From Vermamoeba vermiformis (Eukaryota): a DNA stretch of 64,000 bases. The notes below the pieces were generated by a model that was not told the DNA's origin, ran no database searches, and worked only from the letters and a program-made list of their open reading frames with translations. The DNA is taken from positions 1 through 64,000 of the forward strand of contig JBEWZL010000115.1 in NCBI GenBank assembly GCA_045837725.1. The letters run 5' to 3'. Below, in pieces: positions 62,488 to 64,000 of this stretch (the stretch's first letter is position 1; each line of letters starts with the position of its first letter). A program made the translations under genes and the position numbers.

Positions 62488-64000
62488 ATGTCCAGGTATC
62501 GAGTTAATTTTATTATTTATAGGACGTATAAAATCATTGTTGAACAGTTCATAATGTTTCGTTACTTAAAAAGCCTCGTTGTTTAAATAATAATTATTTT
62601 ATTAATTACACCTTTTCCTATTATAGTAACAACACCCCAGCCAAGCGTTCGGTAAGAAATTGTTTATAATTGCAATTTATCTCATTTCTCGTTTAGAGAT
62701 CCGACAGCAACGGCAAGCCCTCAAAGAAGCAGCGATTATCTACCTCGAACTTAGTCACTGCGCCTAACTTACACGTTTACTCAAAATATATCGATGCTAA
62801 AGAGGGCACAGTAATCGACAATATTGATGAAATCCACGAGGAGGACATCCCCAGTATTATTCTTGCCGCGACAGATGATATTGAATTTTATAAGAAAACC
62901 ATTGCTGAGCTGCAAGAGAAGGTGAGCCAGCGTGCAAAGGTCAATAATATCCATGTGGCACTAATCTCGTTGGCAGTTAACATTTTGCAAGACGCAAGTA
63001 GGCCTGTGCGGTCAATTGCTCGGTCAGCTCATCGCGAGCAATGCCTCGCGTGTAGACCTCAAGAAGCTGTTGTCACCACAGAGCCAAGACACACCGCGCA
63101 AAAAAGACAAGACCTCACCCGTCCCAATACGATCATTCTCACCTATCAACAGTGCCTTGACTGACACTTCTATCTCGTCACAATTGACTCCTTCAAGCAG
63201 TCAAAAGCGTACAACGGTCACACCGCCGAACAAGACCGTGACGCGCTCAGTGTCCGCGGCTGAAAAGAGCCATTCACTCGCGAGTCCACTTGCTACTGAT
63301 AAACCGAAGAAGAGTGCTGTTCACACGCAGATGTCGAGCGACACTTCATCGAGTGAGGACGGTAAGTAAACGATGATAATAACCACTGTGCATATTTAGC
63401 TCATTTGTACTCAGAGCCTCAAACACCAATGGAAATTGAAGCAGCTGCCAAAGGACGCGTTGCAGCGAACAAAACCAGTTTAGAGCCCGGTTTGTTCTTG
63501 ACTGACAACAAAGTGCGCAGCGTGACCATCGAGACATCGACCTACACTCACGCACACGAAATGAAGCCTCGCTCTCTGATCTTCAACCCTCACCGTCGCG
63601 ACCACTTTGTAAGATTGTTGATTGACAACGCTTTCTAGTTATTAATGGTATAATTTACCAGACTACGGCATCGTTTGATGGAAGCGTTAAATTTTGGCAA
63701 TTCAATGAGAACTACACTGGCGACAAAGCTATTGATGACGACGAAGAACCGTGAGTACAAAGACCCTTTGATGATACCGCGGCTAATGGCAAGCAGAATG
63801 GTTCAAACAGGCATTATCACGGGTAAACACATGAAGCACTCGCGTCCACCAACTGACATTTCTTGGAGCAAATGGGTACGTACACATGCACAGCACCACA
63901 TCAACTAAATTAACACCGTTGTGTAGGAGGAGAGATTGGCGATTTTGTTCCCTCAAGCAGTGTCCGACCAGAAGGGCACTAATTGCCAGTTAGTACTCGT
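62488..64000 (+). CDS. Protein with NLS-like N-terminus, coiled coil, Ser/Thr-rich linker and WD40 repeats (truncated at window end)
   Basis: PSKKQRL; IEFYKKTIAELQEK; AHEMKPRSLIFNP...TASFDGSVKFW; HSRPPTDISWSK. Confidence 0.7.

Noticed and set aside
1-64000. Prokaryotic operons, CRISPR arrays, rRNA/tRNA genes, transposases
   Set aside because: The sequence is spliced eukaryotic DNA. I saw no regularly spaced repeats, cloverleafs or transposase/RT motifs. TTG/GTG starts in the ORF track are mostly exon fragments.

Overview
This window is intron-rich, gene-dense eukaryotic nuclear DNA. Introns are short GT-AG introns with CTAAC/CTGAC/TTGAC-like branch points, and the code is standard, so a non-ciliate protist (perhaps an amoebozoan) is the likeliest source; the taxon is an inference. 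The ORF track shows exon fragments, not genes. I reconstructed about 33 spliced genes by hand. Housekeeping genes include WDR7, RRP9, an eIF2-beta-like gene, DPH4, a COA3-like gene, pirin, a GH29 fucosidase, an S41 peptidase and a PILS-like transporter. There are also four F-box genes and several bacterial-looking enzymes. Main observations: (1) a spliced gene for a bacterial-defence-type SIR2 domain fused to a probable Macro domain and a ubiquitin-like domain, next to metallophosphoesterase, ARM and TPR genes; (2) a ~850 bp inversion that breaks an F-box/LRR gene and an NmrA-like gene at once; (3) a 12-bp palindrome, TGACACGTGTCA, recurring inside introns; (4) a sharply CpG-depleted Kelch-repeat region; (5) a PTC7-like gene with lost metal ligands and one in-frame TGA; (6) a 64-aa spliced secreted micropeptide missed by the ORF track. 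All family calls come from motif recognition by eye, with no database searches, and exon boundaries are approximate.
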